Shown here piece after piece: positions 47,086-55,329 of a stretch of 64,000 nucleotides of DNA. Position 1 is the stretch's first letter; the number at the start of each line of letters is the position of its first letter. The notes under the pieces were generated by a model. It saw only the letters and a list, made by a program, of their open reading frames with translations, made no database searches and was not told the DNA's origin. The DNA is taken from the NCBI RefSeq assembly GCF_001898145.1, contig NZ_MKSR01000023.1, positions 61,894 through 125,893 of the forward strand, in the 5' to 3' direction. The translations under genes and the position numbers were made by a program. The DNA is from Dyadobacter sp. 50-39. GTDB taxonomy: Bacteria; Bacteroidota; Bacteroidia; Cytophagales; Spirosomataceae.

Positions 47086-48735
47086 TTAATTATACAGCAA
47101 CTCGTAATACTCCCGAGCCATCCTGTCCGAATTGAACGGTTCGGAAACGTCGTTCATGCTGTTCAGGACCATCTCCTGCCATTTCTGCGGCGCGTTGTAG
47201 TAGGTCGGGATGACGGTGCGTTCCAGTGTTTCCATCAGGTTATCGCAATCCTGTTTATTGATATCCTCACCTTTCGCCACGGGCAACAGGAATGCATTAT
47301 GACCATCCTTCGCGAATTCGCAGATCCAACCGTCGAATGTGGAAAGGTTCAATGCGGCATTCATCGCGGCGGTCATACCGCTCGTGCCCGAGGCTTCGCG
47401 GGTTACTACGGGCGTGTTCAGCCAGATATCCGCGCCGTCTTTAAGCAGCTTGGATAATGCCAGCTCATAACCGGTGAGCACGGCCATATTGGGAAAGAGG
47501 TGGCTGAGATAGAACAAATGGTTGAAGGTACCCACGGCACCCTCGTCTTTCGGGTACGGCTTTCCAGCCCATATGACCTGTATCGGCTGGTCCTTATTGC
47601 CCATCATCCGTTTGAAACGCTCGACGTCCCAAGCCAGCATATCCGGTCGTTTGTAGGCCGCAAAGCGCCGCGCCCAGACGATCGTGAGTATTTCCGGATC
47701 GAACAGCTTTCCGCTTTGGTCGGCTACCGTTTTGAACAATGCTTTTTTCAATTCCTTCTTGCGTGCCACAATTGCATCGGCATCCGATTCTGTACGGGCT
47801 TTTTCCAGAATGGGGTCTACCCAGTAAGCTTTGTTCTGCGCATTCGTAATGTGGCCGATCGGTGCTATTTTAGGATGCGCTTTCCACATTTTGCGTGATA
47901 CCTCGCCATGCAGTTTCGAAACACCATTCGCTTTATGGCTCAGGCTCAATGCAGCCAGGGAGTGATTGAACACCCCATCGCGAATACCGCTGATTTTCCG
48001 TACCGTTTCCAGGTCAAGGCCGGAGAAAAAGCCCAGTTTTTCCAGGAAGTGAATGTCGTGCTTTTCATTACCCGCTTCTTCCGGGGTATGCGTGGTGAAT
48101 ACGACCCTTTTCTGTACCTCAGCAACTTTTTTATATTTTTTGTACAAATGAAATACCGCCGATACTGCGTGCGCTTCATTCAAATGGTACACTTCCGGTT
48201 CATACTGCAGTGCTTCGAGCAACCGAGCGCCGCCGATACCGAGCACCATGCATTGCGCTACTTTATAGGTAACGTCGGCATCATACAGTGAGTAGCTGAT
48301 CGCACGCGTAGTCTCGTCGTTTCCGTCGGTGTCGGTGGTGAGCAGAAATAATGGCGCCGAGCCGAATGTCTCCGGATCGAGGTAATAGGCTGCCACCCAA
48401 ACGTCTTTGCCCATAATGGGTATCTGGAAGCGGATTTTCGTATCGACCAGGTAAGAATACATTTTCTCCCGGAACTCGGGCTGCATACTACCGTCTTTCT
48501 TCCGGCCCTGATCGTAATAGCCATACTTCCACAGCATGCCGATACCGATCAGGTTCTGTTTGAGCCCGTGTACGCTGCGCATGTGCGAGCCCGCGAGAAA
48601 GCCCAAGCCGCCGGAGTAAATTTTTAATGCCTGGTCGACGGCGAATTCCATCGAAAAGTAAGCGACTGATTTTTTGTACTTGTTGTCCGCGACAAACGGG
48701 TGTTGGTAGGGAAGATTGAAAGTTTGTTGTGACAT
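47086..48735 (-). CDS. alpha-glucan phosphorylase family (GT35) homolog with the PLP-lysine position substituted
   Basis: YFSMEFA, HLNEAH and EASGTSGMTAAMN match the family. The likely start is the ATG at 48735 (MSQQTFNLPY), although the ORF extends to 48813. Confidence 0.85.
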   Translation of the reverse strand: MSQQTFNLPYQHPFVADNKYKKSVAYFSMEFAVDQALKIYSGGLGFLAGSHMRSVHGLKQNLIGIGMLWKYGYYDQGRKKDGSMQPEFREKMYSYLVDTKIRFQIPIMGKDVWVAAYYLDPETFGSAPLFLLTTDTDGNDETTRAISYSLYDADVTYKVAQCMVLGIGGARLLEALQYEPEVYHLNEAHAVSAVFHLYKKYKKVAEVQKRVVFTTHTPEEAGNEKHDIHFLEKLGFFSGLDLETVRKISGIRDGVFNHSLAALSLSHKANGVSKLHGEVSRKMWKAHPKIAPIGHITNAQNKAYWVDPILEKARTESDADAIVARKKELKKALFKTVADQSGKLFDPEILTIVWARRFAAYKRPDMLAWDVERFKRMMGNKDQPIQVIWAGKPYPKDEGAVGTFNHLFYLSHLFPNMAVLTGYELALSKLLKDGADIWLNTPVVTREASGTSGMTAAMNAALNLSTFDGWICEFAKDGHNAFLLPVAKGEDINKQDCDNLMETLERTVIPTYYNAPQKWQEMVLNSMNDVSEPFNSDRMAREYYELLYN

Positions 48736-48770
48736 CAGAAGCAATTTTGGTAAAACAAAAAAACACGCAT

Positions 48771-48799
48771 AAAAAACCCGGCCTATCGAGGGGCCGGGT
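48771..48799 (-). terminator. intrinsic terminator after the 11-mer-repeat gene
   Basis: The stem pairs acccggcc with ggccgggt around an 8-nt loop. On the minus strand a T-tract follows (plus-strand aaaaa at 48771-48775). Confidence 0.75.
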
Positions 48800-48818
48800 G
48801 AGAATATTTTCAAAAAGG

Positions 48819-49568
48819 CTATTTCCCGAAGAGCCGCGCCCAGAATCCCTTGGCTTTGGTTTTCGTCTCGCCGACTTTCTCGGAGGCGTCTTCCTTCAAT
48901 TCGGCTATTTCCTCCGCTGCCTTCGCTTTCAGTTCTGCGGCTTTGGCCTGTGCCTCAGCCAGTTTTTCGGCAGCGACTTCCTTCGCCTCTTCAAATGCTT
49001 CGGCGGCATCTTCTTTGATATCTTCGTATTTATCGGCCGCGGCCGCTTTTACATCGTCGAATTTTTCCGCCGCAACTTCCTTAATGTCTTCAAATTTATC
49101 GGTCGCGGCCTCTTTCAAATCTTCGAATTTCTCCGTCGCTGCCTCCGCAAGACCGGCCAGCGTTGCTGCCAGCCCGGATTTAGCCTCTTCGGCTTTTTCT
49201 GTCACCTCCTCTTTCACTGCTTCTGCTTTCGCAGCTGCTTCTTCCTTCACGGCTTCGATTTTCTCGCCAGCTTCCTCTTTGAATTCGGCCGCGGCCTCCG
49301 CAGTAGCCTCCGCTTCTTCCTCTATCAGCGCTTCGGCTTGCGTGGTCTTCGTCTCTGCCTGTGCTTTCAGGTCGTCGAGCGTTTCGTAAACTTCGGTTTT
49401 AATGCCGTCGGCTTCGTCTTTCACCACTTCGGTTGCCTCATCCTTGATCCCCAGCACCTCTTCCACGATCTCGTCCTTGGATGCGGTTGTAGTGGTTTCG
49501 AGTTCTTCCACTTTATTTTCCAGCGATTCTTTCGCTTCTTCTGGTGTAGGTTCGGTATTCTCGGCCAT
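48819..49568 (-). CDS. A/E/K-rich protein made of tandem 11-residue amphipathic repeats (LEA/apolipoprotein/phasin-like)
   Basis: The ATG at 49568 gives MAENTEPTPEEAKE.... At least 12 consecutive 11-mers follow, for example AATEKFEDLKE, AATDKFEDIKE, VAAEKFDDVKA and AAADKYEDIKE. The C-terminus is GFWARLFGK, and a minus-strand terminator follows. Confidence 0.65.
   Translation of the reverse strand: MAENTEPTPEEAKESLENKVEELETTTTASKDEIVEEVLGIKDEATEVVKDEADGIKTEVYETLDDLKAQAETKTTQAEALIEEEAEATAEAAAEFKEEAGEKIEAVKEEAAAKAEAVKEEVTEKAEEAKSGLAATLAGLAEAATEKFEDLKEAATDKFEDIKEVAAEKFDDVKAAAADKYEDIKEDAAEAFEEAKEVAAEKLAEAQAKAAELKAKAAEEIAELKEDASEKVGETKTKAKGFWARLFGK
48966..49130. repeat. five degenerate 33-bp tandem repeats inside the CDS
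   Basis: The units start at 48966, 48999, 49032, 49065 and 49098, for example atcggccgcggccgcttttacatcgtcgaattt and atcggtcgcggcctctttcaaatcttcgaattt. Confidence 0.85.
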
Positions 49569-49663
49569 GGGAAATGCAGTTATAAGGTAAGAACAGTTGA
49601 TACGATGAATGCGCAAGCTACAAATGTCTTGCCAACGGTGCAAGCAACAGGCGAAGCTTTCTA

Positions 49664-50233
49664 TTAGGTTAACCTTCTAACCATCAAATTTTTAACCAGC
49701 TCATACAGCGGTTCCGGCTGCAAGGTACGCCAGTTGTTGAGGTGCAGCGTGCCCCCGAAATTGATATAATAATCGAGCCGGTACTTCTTCCATTGCTCCT
49801 CCACATGCTCCCGGAAATTGATGGCGACGATCCAGCCATCCTCCACGTCGTCGAACCACTCGGAATAGTAATCGTCTTCATTGCCGCCGTGGAAATCGAG
49901 CACATTCTCGCCCAGCAGGATAAACTGATTAATCCCCTCGTTCACCAGCGGGTCGATCACCTGGCGTTTCAGGAACATGATATCGTTGTGTAGCGCATCG
50001 TTCCATTCCCCGAACATTTCAATGATGACGAAGCGCTTTTTATAGTCGGCAAAAAGGACTTTCACATAGAGCGTCTCCGAGCCGATGTGGTCCCAGAGCG
50101 GGTGGATGTAATAGCCGTAAATCGCATTCTCGTAATATTCCAGGTTGTATGTACGGCCATAGAACGGCGACCGCTCATCTTCGCTGGCAATGTAATGCTT
50201 CTCCCAATTGTAATAAGGCTCTATTTCCTGCAT
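49664..50233 (-). CDS. hypothetical acidic Y/W-rich protein (189 aa)
   Basis: The likely start is the ATG at 50233 (MQEIEPYYNWEKHY). It has no signal peptide and lies upstream of the repeat-protein gene on the same strand. No family was recognised. Confidence 0.55.
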   Translation of the reverse strand: MQEIEPYYNWEKHYIASEDERSPFYGRTYNLEYYENAIYGYYIHPLWDHIGSETLYVKVLFADYKKRFVIIEMFGEWNDALHNDIMFLKRQVIDPLVNEGINQFILLGENVLDFHGGNEDDYYSEWFDDVEDGWIVAINFREHVEEQWKKYRLDYYINFGGTLHLNNWRTLQPEPLYELVKNLMVRRLT

Positions 50234-50304
50234 GGCAAAGGTGTTGGAATGACATGGTAAGCGAATATAAGTGAAAACAGAAAAGCCGTAACCGATGTTC
50301 AATT

Positions 50305-50338
50305 AAAACGGGCTGCCTCATTTGAAGCAGCCCGTTTT
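50305..50338 (-). terminator. hairpin terminator after the DUF1080 gene
   Basis: The stem pairs aaaacgggctgc with gcagcccgtttt around a 10-nt loop. A/T tracts flank both sides. Confidence 0.7.
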
Positions 50339-50360
50339 CTGATCTATATCTTCTGAAATC

Positions 50361-51125
50361 TTACAACTCGCGGATCCAGATGTTGCGGAAGCTGGTCGTA
50401 TTGTTGTGGTCCTGCAACTTGATCGGACCTTTTCCGTGTGGCTCTATGGTCGGCTGGCCTATGTAAGGGGTCGTCCCCTGGATCATGGTGTGGTTTTGAA
50501 CCAAAACACCGTTATGGATCACGGTAATGTATGGTGGATGCGTCATGTGGCCGTCTTTGTTGAAATGCGGCTGCGTGTAGATCACATCGTAAGTCTGCCA
50601 TTCGCCAGGACCCACTGCTGCATTCACAAGCGGCATGGTTTGCTTGTAGATAGAACCTGCCTGGCCGTTGGAATACGTGGGGTTGTTATAGCTATCGAGT
50701 ACCTGCAATTCGTATACGCCCTGCATGAAAATACCGCTGTTACCACGGCCTTGTCCGTTGCCGTCCACTTTCGCAGGTGTTCTCCACTCAATGTGCAGCT
50801 GGTAATCGCCGAAGGTTTGTTTGGTTTGAATGTCGCCGGACTTGGGAGCCACGGTCATAGCGCCGTCGCCTACTGTCCAGGGAGCAGCTGATTTACCGTC
50901 TTTTCCGGAAACCCACTGATCGAGGTTTTTACCATCGAACAGAACGATGGCATCGGAAGGCGCAGTGAAGCCTGAAACGGCAGAAGAACCTTTACCGGGC
51001 GTTACAACACGGGGTACCGGATTCCACAATTCGCTGGACTCGGGAGTTTGCTTCGCAGGTTGCAGTTGCGCGTGAGCGGCAAAGGCAGCAGCCATGCTGA
51101 ACGCGGTAAGCATCAATTTTTTCAT
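50361..51125 (-). CDS. DUF1080 (3-keto-disaccharide hydrolase-like, LamG fold) secreted protein
   Basis: The ATG at 51125 gives a signal peptide (MKKLMLTAFSMAAAFAAHAQ). It also carries NSGIFMQGVYELQVLDSY and a C-terminal FRNIWIREL. Confidence 0.8.
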   Translation of the reverse strand: MKKLMLTAFSMAAAFAAHAQLQPAKQTPESSELWNPVPRVVTPGKGSSAVSGFTAPSDAIVLFDGKNLDQWVSGKDGKSAAPWTVGDGAMTVAPKSGDIQTKQTFGDYQLHIEWRTPAKVDGNGQGRGNSGIFMQGVYELQVLDSYNNPTYSNGQAGSIYKQTMPLVNAAVGPGEWQTYDVIYTQPHFNKDGHMTHPPYITVIHNGVLVQNHTMIQGTTPYIGQPTIEPHGKGPIKLQDHNNTTSFRNIWIREL

Positions 51126-51318
51126 TTGAAAGGTAACAGTTTTAGTCCAATAAGTCTTTGATATCGTATCAAAACACAACATTAAGTAAAAAGCATCAAC
51201 AAAAAGGATTCTCATCTATATAAATGTAATTTTCCCGATTCTTATCACGTAATTTGCAGGGCTAAAGGCATTCGTGGCCTGGATTGCTAATCTAAAACCG
51301 ACTAAGCTTACCGCAAGT

Positions 51319-53166
51319 ATGTTTAAAACCAACCGTTCACTTTTTCAATTAATCGCCTCTGGGGTAGCGGCTTTCGCCATGCATACCGCTTACGCCCAGC
51401 AGCCCATTCCTCTCAACGACCTCAGTGCTTTTACGACCAAATCCAGTGACTGGAAAATCGTCGGTAATGCATCGGCCGATCTCACCAAAGAAAACGCGCT
51501 GGTAACCAGCCCGGGCAAAGGCGTGCTGGCCTGCCTTCACGAAAAAGGCAAGTACGGCAGCGACTACGAACTGATCTCCAACTTCAAACACGGCGACCTC
51601 GACATTGAACTGGATTTCATGATGAGCAAAGGTTCCAACTCGGGAATCTATCTGCAAGGCAACTACGAAGTACAGCTTTTTGATAGCTGGGGTAAAAAAG
51701 GTGCTAAATACAACGATTGCGGTGGTATTTACGAGCGCTGGAACGACTCCAAGCCCGAAGGCGAAAAAGGCTACGAGGGATACGCACCACGTTTCAACGT
51801 CGCGAAAGCGCCGGGTTTGTGGCAGCATATCAAGATCTCCTATCAGGCGCCGCGTTTCGATGCCAACGGTAAGAAAATCGCAAATGCGGTGTTCCTTTCC
51901 GTGGTGCTGAATGGTGTAACAATCCACGAAAATGTGGAGGTAAGCGGCCCTACCCGCGGTTCACTCACTGCCGAAGACGTGCCCATGGGCCCGATCCGCA
52001 TCCAGGGCGACCACGGTTCACTGGCGATCCGCAACATTGTGGTGAACAATTTTGATAAAAAACCTGCGACCCTTTCGGAAGTAAGCTACAAGACCTATTA
52101 TGGCAACTTATCGGAAACGGAAGACCTGTCGAAACTAACCCCGGCTGAGACCGGCAAGTCGGAATCACTGAACTGGGAAATTTTGAAGGAGAACAATAAC
52201 TACTCTTTCGTATATAATGGCCGTTTGAATGCTGCCACCGAAGGCGAGTACAGCTTCCGCCTGCAAGCTTCGGGTAATTCCTACCTGAAAATCGACGGTA
52301 AAGACGTGATCAAGCCTGAATGGAAGTCGAACAACGAATTCCGTACGGGCAAAGTGAACCTGAAAGCCGGCGATCACACGATCGAGGTTTTCAATAACAA
52401 AAGAGACGGCTGGATGCGTCCTGTGCTGGGCCTCTGGGTAAGCGGACCGGGCTTCCGTGAGGTTGCGTTCCATTCCAGAAGTTCTGCTATGGGCGGCGGT
52501 TCCACCGACCCGATCCTGATCCAGGCACCTACCAACACCATTACGCGCTCTTTCATGGACTTCCGCAAGGACGAAAAAGCGAAAAGAACCCGCGTGGTAC
52601 ACGCAGTGTCTGTGGGTAGCCCGGCGAGCCTGCACTATACCTACGACCTCGACAAAGGAGCGATCCTGCAAGTTTGGCGCGGCGAATTCCTGGATGCCAC
52701 CCCGATGTGGCACGACCGCGGTGACGGTTCTTCCCGCCCGCGCGGCAGCGTGACGTTGCTCGGCGACGACATGTTTTTGGGTAAATCGGGCAAATCGAAA
52801 TGGGAGGCTGATACAACCGGCAGCGGATACCGCCCGAAAGGCTACGTGCTGGACGATGCTGACGTGCCTACATTCCAGTACCAGGCATTCGGCTCCACCA
52901 TTACCGACTACATTTCAGTCGTAAACAACCAGTATTTCGAGCGCATTTTGAAGGTGAATAATCCCGCGAAAGACCTCGTGGCACGCCTGGCTGACGGTGC
53001 TTCCATTGAAAAAATCTCGGAAGGACTTTATGCGGTAGACGATAAATCGTACTACATCCAGTTGGCCGACAAGAAACTTAAACCGGAAATCAGAGGCGCC
53101 AAAGGCGAGCAGGAACTCATTGTGCCTGTTACCAACGGCGAAGTGAAGTATTCTATCCTGTTCTGA
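51319..53166 (+). CDS. DUF1080 domain fused to a PA14-like domain and a C-terminal extension (secreted)
   Basis: It has a signal peptide, the DUF1080 motifs NSGIYLQGNYEVQLFDSW and LAIRNIVV, and then the PA14-like GEYSFRLQASGNSYLKIDGKDVI. Confidence 0.7.
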   Translation: MFKTNRSLFQLIASGVAAFAMHTAYAQQPIPLNDLSAFTTKSSDWKIVGNASADLTKENALVTSPGKGVLACLHEKGKYGSDYELISNFKHGDLDIELDFMMSKGSNSGIYLQGNYEVQLFDSWGKKGAKYNDCGGIYERWNDSKPEGEKGYEGYAPRFNVAKAPGLWQHIKISYQAPRFDANGKKIANAVFLSVVLNGVTIHENVEVSGPTRGSLTAEDVPMGPIRIQGDHGSLAIRNIVVNNFDKKPATLSEVSYKTYYGNLSETEDLSKLTPAETGKSESLNWEILKENNNYSFVYNGRLNAATEGEYSFRLQASGNSYLKIDGKDVIKPEWKSNNEFRTGKVNLKAGDHTIEVFNNKRDGWMRPVLGLWVSGPGFREVAFHSRSSAMGGGSTDPILIQAPTNTITRSFMDFRKDEKAKRTRVVHAVSVGSPASLHYTYDLDKGAILQVWRGEFLDATPMWHDRGDGSSRPRGSVTLLGDDMFLGKSGKSKWEADTTGSGYRPKGYVLDDADVPTFQYQAFGSTITDYISVVNNQYFERILKVNNPAKDLVARLADGASIEKISEGLYAVDDKSYYIQLADKKLKPEIRGAKGEQELIVPVTNGEVKYSILF

Positions 53167-53193
53167 TTTTAACCTTATTATTTCTGATTGACA

Positions 53194-55140
53194 ATGAAAA
53201 AACTTGCTCATATAGCATTCGCTCTTTTGGCATCCCTCTCTACGCTGAAAGCGCAGGAGTCCCCGAAAGAAGAAGATTTTTACAAGATCGTTACCCCGCC
53301 GATCCCGGAGGGCATTATTCTTGAAGTAGGCGGTTTGACAACCATGCGGAACGGCTCCCTGGCGATTTCAACCCGCCGCGGCGAAGTTTGGATCGTGGAT
53401 AACCCTACCAGCCGCACGCCGTACTTCCGCAAATTCGCGACCGGTTTGCACGAGATCCTCGGCCTGGCTTATAAAGAAGGTGCATTGTACTGCGCACAGC
53501 GTGGCGAATTGACCAAGCTGGTTGACAAAAACGGCGACGGTAAAGCCGACGTCTACGAAACAGTTTACGCATGGCCGCTTTCTGGTCACTATCACGAATA
53601 TTCGTTCGGGCCTAAACTGGCCCCGGACGGCAGCTTCTTCGTGAGCGGTAACGTTGCATTCGGTGACGAAGAATGGTGGAGAGGCGAGAGCCGTGTGCCT
53701 GGTCGTGGCTGGATTTTCCACATTACCAACGACGGCAAATACGAACCTTACGCAACCGGCGTGCGCTCCCCTGCGGGTATCAGCATGCTGAACGGCGAGC
53801 TGTTCTATACCGACAACCAGGGCGACTGGATGGGTACCGGCGCGATTTTCCAGGTTAAAAAAGGCGGCTTCATGGGCCACCCGGCCGGTTTGAAATGGGC
53901 TGGATTGCCTAACTCACCTGTAAAACTGACTGAAAAGCAATTCTTCGCTGAGCGCGACAACCGCCAGCACCGCAACGCACAGGACCGCGCGATCAAGCCT
54001 GAAAATACAATGGGCGAAGAACCACAGTTCCTGTATCAATTGAAACAGAAATACGACATGGTACAGCTTCCGGCTGTATGGCTGCCTTATGGTGTGCACG
54101 GTGTTTCTACATCTGAATTGATTTTGGATGATACAAAAGGAAACTTCGGTCCATTCACCGGCCAGGTGTTTGTGGGCGACCAGGGACAAAGCAACATTAT
54201 GCGCGTGGTTCTGGAAAAAGTTAAAGGTGAGTACCAGGGCGCTAGTATCGGTTTCCGAAGCGGATTCCAGTCAGGCGTGTTGCGCATGGCGTTCGACAAG
54301 GACGGATCGATGTTCGTAGGTGAAACCAACCGCGGCTGGGGTTCCGCCGGTGACGCCAACCAGGGCTTGCAGCGTTTGGTATGGAATGGCAAAATGCCTT
54401 TCGAAATGTATACGGTGAAAGCACAGCCCGATGGTTTCGAAATCGAGTTCACGATGCCGGTTGACCGTAAATCGGCGGAAGATCTGGATTCTTACAAAGT
54501 GAGCAGCTACCTCTACAAGCATTACCCTGTTTACGGCAGCCCGCAGATCAACCTGGAAGATGTAAAAATCGCAGGTGTGAAGGTATCTGACGACAACAAG
54601 AAAGTGCGCATTGTACTCGAAGGAATGCGCCAGTATTATGTTCACAAGATCTCACTGGAAGGCGTTCGTTCGGCTTCCAACAGCTGGTCGCTTGTACACC
54701 CGGATGCTTACTACACGCTCAACAATATTCCTGACGGTGAGCGCATGAAAGTTTCCGACCTGAAAACAACACGCTCGGGCAAAGCTCAGGCTTCTGTTTC
54801 AGCGGAACCTGCCAAAGAGCACGTTTCGCCGGACGGCAAAGGCAAAGCAACGCCTGCGAAAGCCGGGGCGGCTGCCAAAGCACCGACCTGGGAAGAAGTG
54901 AAGCCATTGCTGGCAAAAAATACCTGCCTTGCATGCCACGCGCCCGATAAAAAGGTAGTAGGCCCTTCTTATGCCGACGTGGCAAAACGCAAATACAGCA
55001 ACGAGAAAATTGTTGAACTGATTTACGCACCGAAGCCTGAAAACTGGCCTGATTACGCGACACCGATGGCCCCTATGCCTCAGGTTCCCAAGGCAGAAGC
55101 GGCTAAAATCGCGGCGTGGATCAACTCACTTGCGAAATAA
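53194..55140 (+). CDS. beta-propeller dehydrogenase-like protein with a C-terminal c-type cytochrome domain
   Basis: It has a signal peptide and a propeller-like N-terminal region (LYCAQRGELTKLVDKNGDGKAD). The haem motif CLACH lies at 54925-54939, followed by PSYADVAKRK and a distal PMPQ. Confidence 0.75.
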   Translation: MKKLAHIAFALLASLSTLKAQESPKEEDFYKIVTPPIPEGIILEVGGLTTMRNGSLAISTRRGEVWIVDNPTSRTPYFRKFATGLHEILGLAYKEGALYCAQRGELTKLVDKNGDGKADVYETVYAWPLSGHYHEYSFGPKLAPDGSFFVSGNVAFGDEEWWRGESRVPGRGWIFHITNDGKYEPYATGVRSPAGISMLNGELFYTDNQGDWMGTGAIFQVKKGGFMGHPAGLKWAGLPNSPVKLTEKQFFAERDNRQHRNAQDRAIKPENTMGEEPQFLYQLKQKYDMVQLPAVWLPYGVHGVSTSELILDDTKGNFGPFTGQVFVGDQGQSNIMRVVLEKVKGEYQGASIGFRSGFQSGVLRMAFDKDGSMFVGETNRGWGSAGDANQGLQRLVWNGKMPFEMYTVKAQPDGFEIEFTMPVDRKSAEDLDSYKVSSYLYKHYPVYGSPQINLEDVKIAGVKVSDDNKKVRIVLEGMRQYYVHKISLEGVRSASNSWSLVHPDAYYTLNNIPDGERMKVSDLKTTRSGKAQASVSAEPAKEHVSPDGKGKATPAKAGAAAKAPTWEEVKPLLAKNTCLACHAPDKKVVGPSYADVAKRKYSNEKIVELIYAPKPENWPDYATPMAPMPQVPKAEAAKIAAWINSLAK

Positions 55141-55177
55141 TTGCATTCCCCCGGGCCCGTTCCCGGTAACTATATTC

Positions 55178-55212
55178 AAGGGCTGCTTCCGTATCGGAGG
55201 CAGCCTTTTTAG
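55178..55212 (+). terminator. intrinsic terminator after the dehydrogenase/cytochrome gene
   Basis: The stem pairs aagggctgcttcc with ggaggcagccttt around a 5-nt loop and includes two G-U pairs. A T-tract follows. Confidence 0.8.
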
Positions 55213-55329
55213 TTGAAGATGAGCACATTCAGAAACCATTTTAATGCATTATATTCACATTGCAAATCAAACTAATGGCACGTTTTCTCAGTGAAAATTC
55301 GTTAGTTGTTATTGAATGTAACCAACAAT

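Noticed and set aside
48966-49130. Regularly spaced 33-bp repeats could be mistaken for a CRISPR array.
   Set aside because: The units are contiguous with no unique spacers. They are degenerate, in frame and encode the 11-residue protein repeat, and no cas genes are present in the window.
48729-49667. Plus-strand ORFs of 312 aa (F/C/R-rich) and 179 aa (S/A-rich, 48850-49389) lie opposite the 11-mer-repeat gene.
   Set aside because: The 33-bp periodic codon composition keeps all frames open. The plus-strand products are implausible in composition, and the flanking terminator (48771-48799) is oriented for the minus strand.
55275-55289. TGGCACG lies about 50 nt upstream of the hybrid kinase start and was considered as a possible sigma-54 promoter.
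   Set aside because: The -12 position reads CTCA with no GC dinucleotide at the required spacing. The 7-mer alone is expected several times by chance in 64 kb of double-stranded sequence.
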